Assembly (NCBI RefSeq): GCF_009914755.1
Contig: NC_060927.1
Strand: one strand, 5' to 3'
Origin: the human T2T-CHM13v2.0 reference genome, Homo sapiens
DNA: 64,000 nucleotides
Positions 1 to 13,235 of the stretch are shown here, in pieces. The translations under genes and the position numbers were made by a program. The notes below the pieces were generated by a model. It was not told where the DNA came from, ran no database searches, and worked only from the letters and a program-made list of their open reading frames with translations. How positions within the stretch are numbered: position 1 is the stretch's first letter; every line of letters begins with the position of its first letter.

Positions 1-574
1 GAAACTTTCCATAACAAAAAGTTAAAAATAGATCTTTGCTGTGTCAGGGATGGAGGTTCTTTGCTAGGTCTCCCTTTCAGGAAAAAAAAAAAAAAATGCC
101 ACTCAACCAGGAGAAATGAAATTGACTGACAGGTTCACTCCAAGGTTCACTCCAGCTTTCAAGTCAAGGTCTCATTCAGTCTGGGCCACCCCAGCCAATG
201 GCCAAGTGCAGTGCAGGCATGAGAGCCTGGCCATTTCTGCACAATGGGGACTCCCAAGTGGGCAGTTCTTGCTCAGGAGCTCCCCACTGGGTCAGTGGAG
301 ACCTTGTCAACACATCAATGCCCTGAGTTCTCCTGGCTCCTCCAGCTTCCTTCTCTCTTTCTGTTCACAGTGGTCAGGTGTGCATTGCAGTCTGCGGCCT
401 TTCCCCACTGGATCCTACCTCCACCTCCTTTTCTTTCCCAAGTGCAGCTCCTCAATAACTCCATCTTGGCAACCATGTCCCAAAAGACCTAAACTGACAC
501 AATTAAGATGCAGTTGCTTCCTTCCCTCCCAACCCCCTGAAAGCTCCAAAAATAATGAAATACATACCAGAGTT

Positions 575-1398
575 AAAAACATTGTACTATATTTAAATGT
601 TTGCATATAATATATTAATGTTTTTCACACTAAAAATATACAATGGCTATGTATAAAACCTGATTTTGGAAATAATATCAAAAATTACACGTGTGGTCCT
701 TTGGGGATACAAGGTCCAGCCAAGTGGCCATCCTCCCTTCCCACCCATGAGTAGGCCTGCCACATATCACAACCCTGGGAAACTCTCCAGGATCACCCAG
801 GCTGGGATAGATGGCCTCTCATATGCTCCCCATAACACCCTGTTCTCTGTCACTAGATTACTACCTTGTGCTGGCACTGGCTGTAAACATTCTGCCCCAG
901 CCTCTGCCTGCACCCTAACTCAGTAGTGAGAGGCTAGAGAGCCTGGCGCAGAGTAGGTAGGCACTCAGTAAATAATTTTGGATCAATCACTGAATGACTG
1001 ACTGAGGCATATGTCCCCAAAAGGACCCCAGATAGGAACCATCTCCACAGTGTTCCTGCAGTTTTATAAAAGGCTTGGGAAAAGAGAGTTAGTGACTCTT
1101 TTCAGTCTTGGGGGGATGTGGAGGTAGAGGAAGAAAACTACCTGGAGGTTCTATTTTAACCCTTTCTCAAGCCTGGGGACCTAGGGGCTCCTAGTCAGGC
1201 ACCTGTGGCCATCTACAGCAGGGCCCCTCACAGGTCAGGAGGGATGAGATCATATCCATTCCCTGCACTGCTTCTCTCCAAGAGGATGATCTCTTGGTTG
1301 TTTGTGAAGACAAGAGGCCCAGCAGCCTCTTCTGTTGAAGTGGACCTGAGCTGGCCCCAGCCAGGCTAACCCTCTAGCCAGCTAGCTTCTGGGGTGAA
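575..1398 (-). other. DZIP1L: DZIP1L 3'UTR (3' end approximate)
   Basis: Follows the TGA at 1399-1401. No canonical AATAAA seen; AATATA variants at 588-593 and 611-616 are followed on the minus strand by a GU/U-rich tract at about 545-580. Confidence 0.6.
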
Positions 1399-1560
1399 TC
1401 ACCAGGCAGGGACCCTGGGTTGGCCAGAGCTCTGTGGACCAGTGCCAAACTTCTCTGGGAGCTTTGAGCGAGACAAGGGCTTGGGTTTCTCTCTCTGGTC
1501 CAGGTCCAGAGGAAGATCTTCCAAGGAGGAGATCTCCAAGTCACTCTCATCTTCAGAAAG
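1399..1560 (-). CDS. DZIP1L: DZIP1L last coding exon (exon 16): LSEDESDLE...PRVPAW*
   Basis: CAG acceptor (plus ctg 1561-1563) after a pyrimidine tract; 162 nt in frame to TGA; completes the 767-aa protein. Confidence 0.95.
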   Translation of the reverse strand, partial: LSEDESDLEISSLEDLPLDLDQREKPKPLSRSKLPEKFGTGPQSSGQPRVPAW

Positions 1561-3210
1561 CTGCAGGGGGTAAAGGGGAGAAGAAAATGCATTTTGATAA
1601 GGGAGGAGGGTGGCTGAGAGCTAAGCACATTGCAGGATGGGAATGCAGAATGGAAATGGGGACAAATGCAGACTGGGAAGAAAGCAATAGGGAGATGCTA
1701 CTCCTCCTGACTTCTCAAGTCTTCCTGCCTTTGAGAACCTGCTTTAGTGACCTGGGATCAGGGTGATTTCAAATACCCCTGAAATTCTACTAACCAAACC
1801 CAGGCAAGTGCCTTGGAAAGGCCTATGTGCAGAGAAGGTTGCTCTCATTTTCACTTCAACTTTGGGCAGATTTTTAACTCCCTCTTGGACAGAGCCAGAA
1901 GCCCAGAAACTCGACTGTTCCAAGTTCGCGAGCTGAATGCACTGTGGGCTAATGACCCGCCTCCTCTCAGACAGGTTCCCTCAGGTCTGGTAAACATCCT
2001 GACTGAAGGAGCATGAGAGGAGCTTGGGAGCAACAGGAGTCCTTCAGCCTGGAAGGGTCTGCACTGCAGCCAGCAGGACAGCTCAGAGTCAGCCAAGGGA
2101 CCAGGCCACCCCCTGACCACAGCCACCTGCGTAGCAGCCCAGGCTTTCCCCTCTGGAGTCCTCAGTGCCCCTGCTGGCCACCTGGGCTTTGATACAAGCC
2201 ATCCTATGCATCTTCTCCAGGAATGTAAGACCGACCAATCAGAACCCATGCAGGGTGCAGGGCAGCAAGCATGCTCTGAGCGGCGCCTCAATCTGTTTGG
2301 GGCTGTTGGTGCTCTTTCACAATTTGGAAAAAGGAACAAGTTTTTTCTTTTCAATCATTTGGATGCATTACTCACAAACATACAGGAGCTGTGTGGTAAA
2401 CCAAACACACTGTGGTAAAGAGCAGGGAGTGCTATCAAAAACCAAAGAATGGTTGCCCACCACTTGAAATTTTAAAGCAATAGCACTGATTATCCCAGGA
2501 TGCACCTTTTTGATACAGAAAGGTGAGAAAGGAGTGTGAAGTAAAGGGAGCTCTAAAGTTTTCTGCTTGAAAAATAACAGCAGTGTGCAAGTTGTTCCCT
2601 GATGGAGGAGAGACGGGCAGTGAGGAGGGTCTGATGATGCTGGGGAAGCCCAACATCTGAGCTCTAAGTCTGAAAATCTGATGGTGGCTACAGTCTGAGG
2701 CAAGGAGGCTCAGGTTTCTAAAACAGAGGTATCTAAATATTCCCATCTTGTGCTGTTACCTACTCTGATGTGCTATGCGAGGCCACTCCAGTACCACCCT
2801 TGGGGGAGTCCGCTCCACACACATATTGTGTTAGGGTCCATGGCAGAGTGAGGGACTGGGGAGGAGCCCACTGTGGGATGAGACCGGGCTGGAAGAGCAG
2901 CTGCTGCAGGATGCCAGACACAGAGTCAGCTCCGAAGCTCTCCGAGAGGCAGGAGATGGGACAATCAAAACTTACTGAGCATTGCTTATATAATGAACCA
3001 AAAGGCTTTTTAATGTTAACTTGGATACAAGTATTCCAAACTGGCCATCTCTCCATGTGCACAGGGGCAGAGGGAGGTCACCCACAATGTCCCACTAGGG
3101 CAAAGGATGACACTTGCTGGGCCCTCCCCAACCTTCACCCCAGGCCCCCCAAACTCAGAGCTGGTTCTGTAGAGAATTCCAGAGTAAACTCTAAGCATCC
3201 TACATCCTAC

Positions 3211-3350
3211 CTGAGGCTTCCTTCCTGGTGTGGCAGCCCTCTGTGGCCCAGCATTGGGCATAAAAAACAGACTGACCCCTCCAGCAGGCTTCTTTGCTGG
3301 AGCTTCTAGCTGCTTCTCCAGGTTTTTGACCATCGACTGCACCAGTGTTC
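3211..3350 (-). CDS. DZIP1L: DZIP1L exon 15: (G)TLVQSMVKNLEKQLE...GRKPQ
   Basis: AG/GT boundaries, 140 nt, phase fits neighbours; lies in ORF 3016..3342. Confidence 0.95.
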
Positions 3351-6113
3351 CTGGAAGGTGAAAAAGTGGCTGTGTCAGTGGGAGAAGCCTAGAAAATGAA
3401 CATCTCAGTTTTGTGGCTCATGTCCAGGCTCCAGTGTGGATAGAGGGAATGAGCAGAAGGGCCAGGAGGAAGAAGGCTGAGCAACCACAAAAAAGGAGAC
3501 AGAGAAGGCCAGGCCAACAGGTACCCAGTGAACAGAGGCTTGGCATATTCTGAAAATGTGACTGTGCAAACTTAATGACATGGCTAGTGACAGAGGCTTA
3601 GGAAGCTGTGCTTCCCTCTAATGAGAGGCTGAGGCAGGACCTCTGCTCAGTGTGGGGAATGAACTGTATCACTAACATGCAGTTAGTTCCTCAACATCTT
3701 TATACAGAGACAAGAAGAAATATCATAAAGATTAGCACAGGAGGACCACAGGCAAGAATGACTTTCTGCAAAGTCCATGCAGGAAGCAGGAGCTAAGCAG
3801 TGACAGAGATCATCAAATAGATCCCTGATGCCTGGCACACCAAGGTAATGTATGAACCTCAGGAATGACCAGGAAGCAGGAAGCTAACTACAGCCTTCTA
3901 CGATTCAAATGAAATCAAGGTCTGAGCAGACTTTTGGAGCTACAACAGCCCTTGGCTCATTGATTCATTCAAGAAATGTTTGTTAAGGGCCTACGATGTA
4001 GCAGGCACTGTTTCCTTGCCCTCTCATTAATCACCTTGTCCAAATACCTCATTTTATAACAAAGGATCAGAAACCACCTGCACAAGGACAAGCAGGTAGT
4101 AAGTGGCAGAGCCAAGACTTTCTCTGAAGATTCCTAACACCCAGTCCCAAGACCTTGCCACCCTATTGCCCTTGCCTGGTGGGCATCGATACTTCTCCAA
4201 AGATCTGTTTCTGGTGAATTCTGATGGACTGGCAGGCTTGGCTTATGCTGTAAACATGGCCAAGTACTGCAGAGTCTATTAAGAGCAAGAAATTTGCAGA
4301 CCGCAAGCCTAGCCTGACATCCCAGGGTTTCTACTTACTGACCTTGGAAAGACAAAACTCTAAATTCCATATTCTTTAACACAGCCTTGGCTAGAAAATA
4401 CAACTGAAGCCAGAAGCTACAGGCCTCAGTTGGCAGTTTTATAGGAAAATCTTGAAAGAATGGGAGTAGACAGTTGTTTTGAAAAGAAGGAGGCTCAACT
4501 AGTCATTGCAACCTGTTAGATAGAAAATAATACGTTTAACGAATATTTTCATTCCACTTACCATGACAGTTAGCTCAGGTCTCTACAATGCCCTTTCCAC
4601 CAACAAGTTGAATTTCTAAGTCTCTTGGCTGAAAAGGGCAAAGAGCTTTCCTGTATGATGAAACAGGCTGCATGGCCCAAAGGCAGCCTGCTATAAAGGT
4701 TGACTGTGGCTGCCTCCTCTGTCTCAAGCTTTGCTGGGAAGCCACATTTTTCACAATTGAGTTGTTGCAAAAAGTTATGTGTGTTACACTCTATGTGTTC
4801 TTGAAAACTATATTTGTCAAAATGTTCATGGTAGGAAACTGTTTTCCCTTCAAGTTGTAACTGAGGTTTACCTTGGAGGCTACTTTGACCACTGTGATAT
4901 TTAACTCTATGACCACCAACTCTTGATCTGGTGCTAATGAACTCAAACAGCATTAAAGACTATGGGGATATTCTTAACATTGGGAACACAGCTAAAGGCA
5001 GCTCTTTCTGGGGGGAAAAATGGTTTACAAGTAAATAAATAAACAGTGACTCTAACACATTAACTTCAAAAACATCATACAGAATCTCAACTTGCCATGA
5101 CATCGTTCTGTGGTCTTGGGCCAGTCATAATGTCTATGAGGCTTAGTTTCAACTTCTGTCACGATGTGTGTGGCTCAGCCTTCCCTCATCAGTGCTGTGA
5201 GGAGTAAATGAGGAGACTTGTGCGAAGAGATCCACACAGAGCTGAGCACGCGGTGAGCACCCAGCAACACCAACATAGAGGGGAGAGCCTTCTCTCACAC
5301 GCCTCGAGCTTCCACAGAAGAAGGAACTTCTGCTCTACTCACCGAGATGGACAAGGATAGGAGAAACACCCTCCCAGTTTCTTCCCCACATACTACCCTC
5401 TCTCACAGAAGAAGCCAAGCAGAGGGGTGGGCCTACAACACACCCTGGGCCACGGCGCACCTGAAGGAGGGCCGCTGATCCAGAAGACAGTGCCAGCTCT
5501 TTCTCTCGGACCCTCCCCGCCCCTGTGGCTGGGGTTGGAGCCTGGCTGGAGTGTACCCTACAGCTGCCTGTTTAAGGGCCTGCACACTCAGGGTCTTCTT
5601 TGCAAACCCAGCCCTGCACACAAGTAAGATTGGGATCTGGATTTGGGGAGGCTGGAGGGGCCCCCACTTTGGCCTCAAGTGCGGGTTGTTCCTCTAATCC
5701 AGCCCTAACAGGAAGCCTATGCCTCAGGCATTCCTGGGCCCTGTCACCACTACTAGAGCGAGGCTTTGATCTCCCGTAGCTGGCCACAGTGTTTACTCTC
5801 TACTGGAAAGAACATGGAGGAGAAAAGGGGTGAATGGCTCCCTTCAACCTCCCACAGTTAACAATTTAATGACAAAACAAGGGGTAAAACTAAACCTTGC
5901 TCAAACTCTAGCTTTCTCCTGATATCTCTGCTATCCCACAAAAAAATATCTGAGGCGAAGGAGGACCATCCTTTCCAAGCCAAATAGAGAAAGAGATGTC
6001 AAATAAGAAAGCCTAAAGGAAGCTAAAGGGTGTTTCTGGAGCCTTGAGAAATCTGGGCTGGAGAAGGGCTACACCGGTGGTCCCAGCCCACTCACCCAAA
6101 GGTGCCAGCTCAC

Positions 6114-6283
6114 CTGAGCCCTGGCCAGGGGGCTGGGCATTCTCCTCCGAGGTCTCTGTGTCAGACCAGTCCCAGTCATCCTTGGGCCGGGGCACCATCC
6201 TGGAAGGAACTTTTGGGGGCTGTAGAGACACACGCTGCACACGGTCTCCCTCTGAGTCCTCTTCAGAACTGAACGGGGGCGTG
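6114..6283 (-). CDS. DZIP1L: DZIP1L exon 14: (S)TPPFSSEEDSE...PPGQGS(G)
   Basis: AG/GT boundaries, 170 nt; lies in ORF 6013..6345. Confidence 0.93.
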
Positions 6284-6733
6284 CTGCCACGAGGAGGAGA
6301 AGAAATGAGGGATGCATGGGCCAGAAAGAAAACTTCAAAAGCCAAACTTCACCACGCTTCAAGCTGGTTTGGTTTGCTCAGGGCCAGCCCTGCTCCCTCC
6401 CTCAGGCCCAGAAGACAGCCAGGAGACCCCTGGAGTGCAGCAGCCACACCAGTATCTCCCTTAGTAGAGCCCTGCCCATCTGAGGATCCAGCCCCTCTGG
6501 AGGGGGAACGGGTTTGGGGGAGGACATGGGTAAGGGGAGGGTGGGTTTGTCTTGGCTGGGAGCACAGGTTCTCAAGTCCAGAGCTCAGACTGGACCCCAC
6601 CTGAGGCACCTTCTATTCACATGTGTCTGCCCCCCTCCTATCTGCAGAAGCCTGGAGGGAGCCCAGAACAGGACTGCCTGAATCCAGGAGCCACCACTGC
6701 AGGTGGGGTGAGAGGGCAGAGTCTGGGGCTCAC

Positions 6734-6950
6734 CTCATCCCGGGCCCCGAGGAAGGAGGGGTGCTGGAGGGTCCATGCAGTCCGGGGCGTGGAGCGGGGG
6801 CGGACACCTGGGTCAGGCTGGAGCCATGGCTGCCATGGCTCTGACGAGTTGGTGGGGGTGGCTCTGCCGGTGTGGATGGCAAGGCCACCTGCAGGGTCCT
6901 GGTCTTTGGCTGGGCCTCTCTGGTGACCAGTGTGCTCTGCTGGCTTTTGA
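6734..6950 (-). CDS. DZIP1L: DZIP1L exon 13: (V)KSQQSTLVTRE...SGPGM(S), Pro/Ser-rich
   Basis: AG/GT boundaries, 217 nt; lies in ORF 6730..7002. Confidence 0.93.
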
Positions 6951-7624
6951 CTGGAAACACAGAAAGGAATGATTTTTGGAGTACACCCATGCTGGATCTC
7001 AAGCCTAAGAGGAGGGAGAAAGTGGCTCCAACACCCTGGAAATGAACAATTACTCCCTCTCCGTGCTGTAATAACCAGAGCAGATTTCATGACTGCTGCC
7101 AAATCAGGTGTTCTGCTGGCCAGATTCGAGGCTAGGACCACAGTTCCACAGTTTCATCAGAGACCAGGAGAGCAGCTGGGTGCTCCAGGGTCGTGTTGTC
7201 ATTACTGAAGACCAGCAGGAGTCCGCGGGCCTGAAGAGGGGCTCAGTAGTCCTAGATGGACTTCACCAAGGCTGCTACCCTCTCCCCAACCCACGCTACA
7301 GCCGCTGCACTGCAGGCAGTCCTGCAGGAAGACCCCACTGCCACCAGAGGTCGCCGCAGGACTGCATGAACCATCAAGATCCACTCAAACCTCCTCCCAA
7401 ATGCAGTCTGGGGCAAGGCAGTACCAAGGCAGGCAATTGGACACAGCCCCTCTGTTTTCCAAATTGCATCAAGACCTATAGCCACAAGAGCGGTCCCGGA
7501 TCAGCAAGTTTTTATGGGAAGAGAAGAGAGAGAGTGCATCACAGGGAGTCAGACATGTGTGGATTGGGTCACAATGTAAAATGAGTTTCTTACAGTAATT
7601 CAAGATCAGAAAATGTTTGAAATA

Positions 7625-8065
7625 CAGTTGACCCCGAAACAACGTGGGGTTGAACAGCCATGGGTCCACTTATACGTGGATTTTCTTCCGACTCTGCCAC
7701 CCGTGAGACAGCAAGAGCAACCCCTCCTCTTCCTCCTCCTCTTCAGCCTACTCAACACAAAGATAACAAGGATGAAGTCCTTTATGATGATCCACTTCCC
7801 CTTAATGAATAGTAAACATATTTGCTCTTCCTTGTGATTTTCTTAATAACATGTTCTTTTCTCTAGCTTACTTTATTGTAATAATACAGCTTATAATTCA
7901 TATAACATACAAAATGTGTGTTAATAGTCCATATTGTCGGTAAGACTTCTGGTCAACAGTAGGCTATGAGTAGTTAAGTTTTGGGGCAGTCAAAAGTTAC
8001 ACGCAAATTTTCAACTGCATGGGGGGTTTGCGCCCCTGACCCCTGCATTGTTCAAGGGCCAGCTA
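7625..8065 (+). mobile_element. Tigger2a/MER28-like non-autonomous DNA transposon
   Basis: TA then CAGTTGACCC at the left end and GTTCAAGGGCCAGCT at the right end (imperfect TIRs); interior matches the recalled Tigger2a consensus. Confidence 0.8.
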
Positions 8066-10225
8066 TGCACTGCTCTCAGTGAATGTGTCTACTCAGAAGT
8101 GGAGCTTCCAGGAAAGAGTGAACTGAAGAGAAGGGGAAGACAAAGACAAGCCTGCTGGGGGAAAATAACAATAGCTTCCCATGACTGTGTACCAGATACT
8201 AAGAAAAGCACTTTACATACAACCACTTGGCCCCCGAGCATCTTCAGAGGCTATCATTTTCCCTACAGAGGCTTGCCCTCAGCTCCACGGAAGAAAGTGG
8301 TGAATACAAACCCAGGTTGTCTGTCTGCCCTAATCTTGGGCCCTCACCGCTACTTCCCACAGCCTTGCCCAGGCCACAGAAGAGGCAGGGTCCAAGCAGA
8401 AATGGGAGGTGAGCATTAAGACAGCACTTGTGGGACCCAGGAAAAGAATAAAGGTGCAGAGCTGGAAGGAAAGGTCTACAAAATGCCACAAAAACACAGC
8501 GCTCATCTCACAACTCAGTAACATCTCCAGAGAAGGCAGAACCCCAGGGCCAGGGAAAGGGAAGGCTGCGAAGGGGGCTCTCCCTCCTGGCTTTTTTACT
8601 ACAGGAACAAAGGTGTGTGGGAGTGGGTGGGGCGTAGCACCTAGAAGGAGCAAGATACCTTTGCTTTCTCTTGGAAGCCAGCATTCCGAGGGTTTTTCCA
8701 TTCATCCTCCCCAAGTCCCTGTCCCCTCCCTCCTCTGAGCTCCCACCACCCCCATGCTTGGCTCCATCACATCACCTGGTCCTGGCTGATTTCCCAGGTG
8801 AGGTGGAAGGCCCTGGCACAGAGTCAACCTCAGCAAGTACTGTACTAAATGAATGAGTGGGCAAATGAATGAATGAACATTTGACTGAATGAGCAAAAGG
8901 ATATACGTTTAAATTGGAGCATCAAAGGCAGATTGGCAACCAGGACAAATACCCTTCTGTCTGAGATTTCTATGCAAGATAAAAACCGTCCTTTCCTTAG
9001 AGATTTTAAGGCCAGAAGTTTAAACTAAATATTATAGTTTCCCAGGTCATCAATACATTTTTTTACCATATTTTCATGCCAAAATGACAATGCTTTTAAG
9101 CACAAAATACCTGCTTGATACTTGTCCAAGTAATAATTTCCATGAGCTCACAGGATTGCTATGTTAGTCTTATTTTCTTCTAATTCACATGAGGAAAAAT
9201 AAAAATAAGTTATAAAATGATTGGTTGATGTAGCAACTAAAATCATCTCTCATATCCTCAGAGATACGTGGGCCATACTCTGCAAAATTTTTTTGCATGA
9301 AGAGCTCAAATCGGTTCTTCCTGGACACAGGAGATACAGAACTGGCCTCCTTCTGGCCACATGTGTCCCTGACTGAGGAGACGAAGTAAAAGGAGCAGGA
9401 CAGCACCTGCATGAGCAGACCAGACCCACTGAAGCCCTCCCCAGAGCCTCTCACCACAGCAGCCCAGACCCTCTTGGAACCCTCTGGAAACAGGGGGCTC
9501 TCAAACCTGGGAACACAAATACACTTGCTCCGTAAGAACAGACTCAAGGGTCCTGGTCCACAGAATTTCGTGTTCCACCAGAACCACAGGGCCTTCTCTT
9601 GTCATGACCCCCAGAGCATGGACAAATGGTAAAGTGGCAGCTATGACCTGGCCCAAGGAACCAACTATGAGCTCTGAGAATTCATCTGCGTGCAGAACTG
9701 GCCCAGTCTCTCATGCTCTCCCATGGCCAGAGCAGGGGCTATCTGAGCTCTGCAGAAGTTTACATTCAATTGATATTTGCCTCCACCTGCAGCTTCAATG
9801 CTCCCGGGCCTCTGCCTGCCTCCCCAGGCTGGCATGCCTGGTGTGTAGAGCCAGAAACTGAATAGGCTGCTCTCTGTTGAAGAGACACTCAACTGTGGTC
9901 GCAACAAGCCAAACAGAATGAAGGTGCTAAGGGAGGCAGCATGTCTGCACAGGGACAGTTCAGGCTGACAACAGGCTCCAGCTCCGGCTCTCCTCCAACT
10001 TCCCCGAGTGACCCTGGACAAATGCCCCCACTCCACCCCAGATCCTATTTCCTCAACAGAGAACTTCTGGACTCAGTCCCCTGTAAGGACCCTACCAGCT
10101 CAGCCCTTCAGAGAAGTGCCCCTAATGGGGGACAGAGACTATACCCTCCTCATGTGCAAACAAGTTTTGGCAAGAATGGGACCCTTACAGGTCACAGCCC
10201 TGAGCAAGCCCTCTCCCCAGTGTAC

Positions 10226-10418
10226 CTGAAGGCTGCCCGTCTGGCTGGGACACCACAGCGCCATTCTCCTGTCTCTCCTTCGCTCTGCTGGTGACTTCCT
10301 TGACAAGCTTTCCCCTCAGACTCAGAAATTCAGAAAACTTCCGGGCCTTCTGCTCCCGCTGGACTCTCAGCAGGGATTCCAGGTGTCTGAGAGTCTGAAT
10401 CGAGATTCCCTTTGCATC
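10226..10418 (-). CDS. DZIP1L: DZIP1L exon 12: DAKGISIQTLRHLESLLRVQ...DGQPS(V)
   Basis: Hand translation; TAG acceptor and GTAC donor; 193 nt. Confidence 0.93.
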
Positions 10419-13154
10419 CTAGAGGAGACAGGAGTTCACCTTTACAGAGAGAGGCTACCCTTCTTCTCCTTCCCCTAAGCCTCTCACACCTGCTGCTGCT
10501 GGCCTGGGAGTCTGTGATCAGTGCCTGGTGCTTTTCTTGCAGGACTGGGGGGCATGAAATGAGGATCAGAGAAGGGTAAGCAGCGGCTTCAAAGTTGCTG
10601 AAAGTGCAATGGTTCAGGGTTTGGGAGCCCCATCAAAATGTGCACAGCAGGATAATGCAAAGGACTGCGTCACAATTCTGACCACATCATAGCATAAGGG
10701 ACTTCGTTGGAACATGCTTTTCTACCATCTGACTGAATCCTAGGATAAGAGACCACAGCTTGCTCATTTTTGTACTCCCAATTACTATTATTATGCCAAA
10801 CACACTGTCCATGGCTAACAATGTTTAAAAAACTAAACTGCTGTAAACACAATCCAAGTACCCTTTCAAGACCTATTGGAAGTTGCTCGAGCTTTTGACA
10901 TCCACCCAGAGCCCATGGGAGGGTCCAGGGAGGCATCTGAATCCAAGATGAGGATTCATGCAAGGTTAGAAAGGAATGTCTTAATCAAATCTGAATATAG
11001 GGCCAAAGTTAGAGTAGTCAGTAGTTGAAAACAATCAAAGTAGTGACCATTCTTCCTAAAATAACCCTAGTTGTCTATTTTTTTTTTCTAACTTACTCTA
11101 CACAAACAGCATTCCAATAGTGTAATGCTTGGCTAATTTAATAATAGGTGTGTTTTTATTTAATAATAGATTTCATTGGTGCTTCTAATAATAACATACG
11201 TGTTCTGGTTAAGCACAATGGCATTCAAATACTAGTTGGAGAGAGAATCCATAGACCCTGTAAAGGAACTGGATCACTGCTGCAGACTCCCTGAGATGCC
11301 GAAAACCTGAGTCTGCTTGCTTTCTCAATGGGGAGGTTTGTGGTCTGGGGCAAGTTCCCAGCCCTGGTCACTGGCTGCTTGGAAATAGACTTGCTCCTGT
11401 TGGTGGGGCACAGTGCGAGTGAGACCGGACTTTAGGACCGCAGGCTGCGTGGAGATGGGCTGAGGCCTGTGACTGCCAGATTTCCCCCACTTCCCTGGCG
11501 ACCTGTATGACTCAGCAGAGGCAGCCATAATCCCCCTGGGAATATAACTCCATTGGACTGGGAACACACCCTCATCCCCAACAGTAGCTGCAGCAAGCCA
11601 CACCCAAGGAGAGGCTGAGCTCAGACACGTCTATCCCTGGCCCCACCTGGTGGTCTTCCTGCACCCGCCCTGGTAGCTGAAGACAAAGGTCATAATCCCT
11701 TAGGAGCTGTATGGCCCTGCCCACCGCCTGAGAAACCTGAATACTTAACCAGGTGTCCCTAGGGCAAGTAGGGAAGTATGCATCCTCCCTATAGGACCAC
11801 AGTTTGAAAGCACCACCTCCTAGCTGGAGGCCAACAAACACAAAACCAATGCACTAAACAAACAAAAAGAAAAAACAAGGACCCTCAAGAGTCCACTTCA
11901 CTCCCCTACTACCTCCACTGGAGCAGGTGCTGGAATAGTATCCACGGCTGCAAGACCTGAAGATGGATCACATCACAGGACTCTTTGCAGACACTCCCCA
12001 GTACCAGCCTGTAACTCTACTGGGTGGCTAGACCCAGAAGATCAAAAACAATCACTACAGTTCAGCTCTCAGGAAGCCCCATTCCTAGGGGAAGGGGGAG
12101 AGCACTACATCAAGGGAGCACCCCATGGGACAGAAGCATCTGAACAGCAGCTCTTGAATCCCAGATCTTCCCTCTAACATAGTCTACCCAAATGAGAAGG
12201 AGCCAGAAAAACAATTCTGGTAATATGACAAGACAAGGTTCTTTAACACCCACAAAAATCATACCAGCTCACCAGCAATGGATCCAAACCAAGACGAATC
12301 TCTGAATTGCCAGAAAAAGAATTCAGAAGGTCAATTATTAAGCTAATCAAGGAGGGACCAAAGAAAGGTGAAGCCCACCTTAAAGAAACAAAAAATGTTA
12401 TACAAGAGATGAAAGGAAAATTTTTTAGTGAAATAGCATAAATAAAAAGTTATCACAACTTCTGGAAATCAAAAACACACTTAGAGAAATGCAAAATACA
12501 CTGAAAAGTCTCAGCAATAGAATCAAACAAGCAGAAGAAAGAACTTCAGAGCTCAAAGACAAGGCTTTCGAATTAACACAATCCATAGAAGACAAAAAAG
12601 AATTTTAAAAAAATGAACAAAGTCTCCAAGAAGCTTGGGACCATGTTAAACATCCAAACCTAAGAATAATTGTTATTCCCAAGGAAGAAGAGAAATCTAA
12701 AAGCTTGAAAACATCTTCGAGGGAATAATTGAGGAAAACTTCCCCAGCCTTACTAGAGACCTAGGCATCCAAATACAAGAAGCTCAAAGAACACCTGAGA
12801 AATTCATTGCAAAAAGATCATCACCTAAGCACATAGTCAACCGGTTATCTAAAGTCAAGATGAAGGAAAGAATCATAAGAGCTGTGAGGCAAAAGCACCA
12901 GGTAACCTATAAAGGAACACCTCTCAGATTAACAGCAGATTTCTCAGCAGAAACCCTACAAGCTAGAAGGGATTGGGGTCCTATTCTTTAGCTTCCTTAA
13001 ACAAAACAATTATCAGCCAAGAATTTTGTATCCAGTGAAACTAAGCTTCATAAATGAAAGAAAGATACAGTCTTTTCCAGACAAACAAATGCTGAGAGAA
13101 TCCGCCACTACCAAGCCAGCACTACAAGAACTGCTAAAAGGATCTCTAAATCTT

Positions 13155-13235
13155 CTTTTTTAATTTATTTTTTTATTATACTTTAAGTTTTAGGGTACAT
13201 GTGCACAACATGCAGGTTTGTTACACATGTATACA
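13155..13235 (-). mobile_element. 81-bp L1PA 3' terminal fragment inserted in the L1PB
   Basis: Reverse complement of ...CATGTACCCTAAAACTTAAAGTATAATAAAAA, the L1PA 3' end. Confidence 0.85.

Noticed and set aside
4570-4953. 127-aa minus-strand ORF in intron 14
   Set aside because: No recognisable family or convincing splice sites, and the DZIP1L CDS closes without it. A tBLASTn/Dfam search would be needed to exclude an ancient TE or retrocopy.
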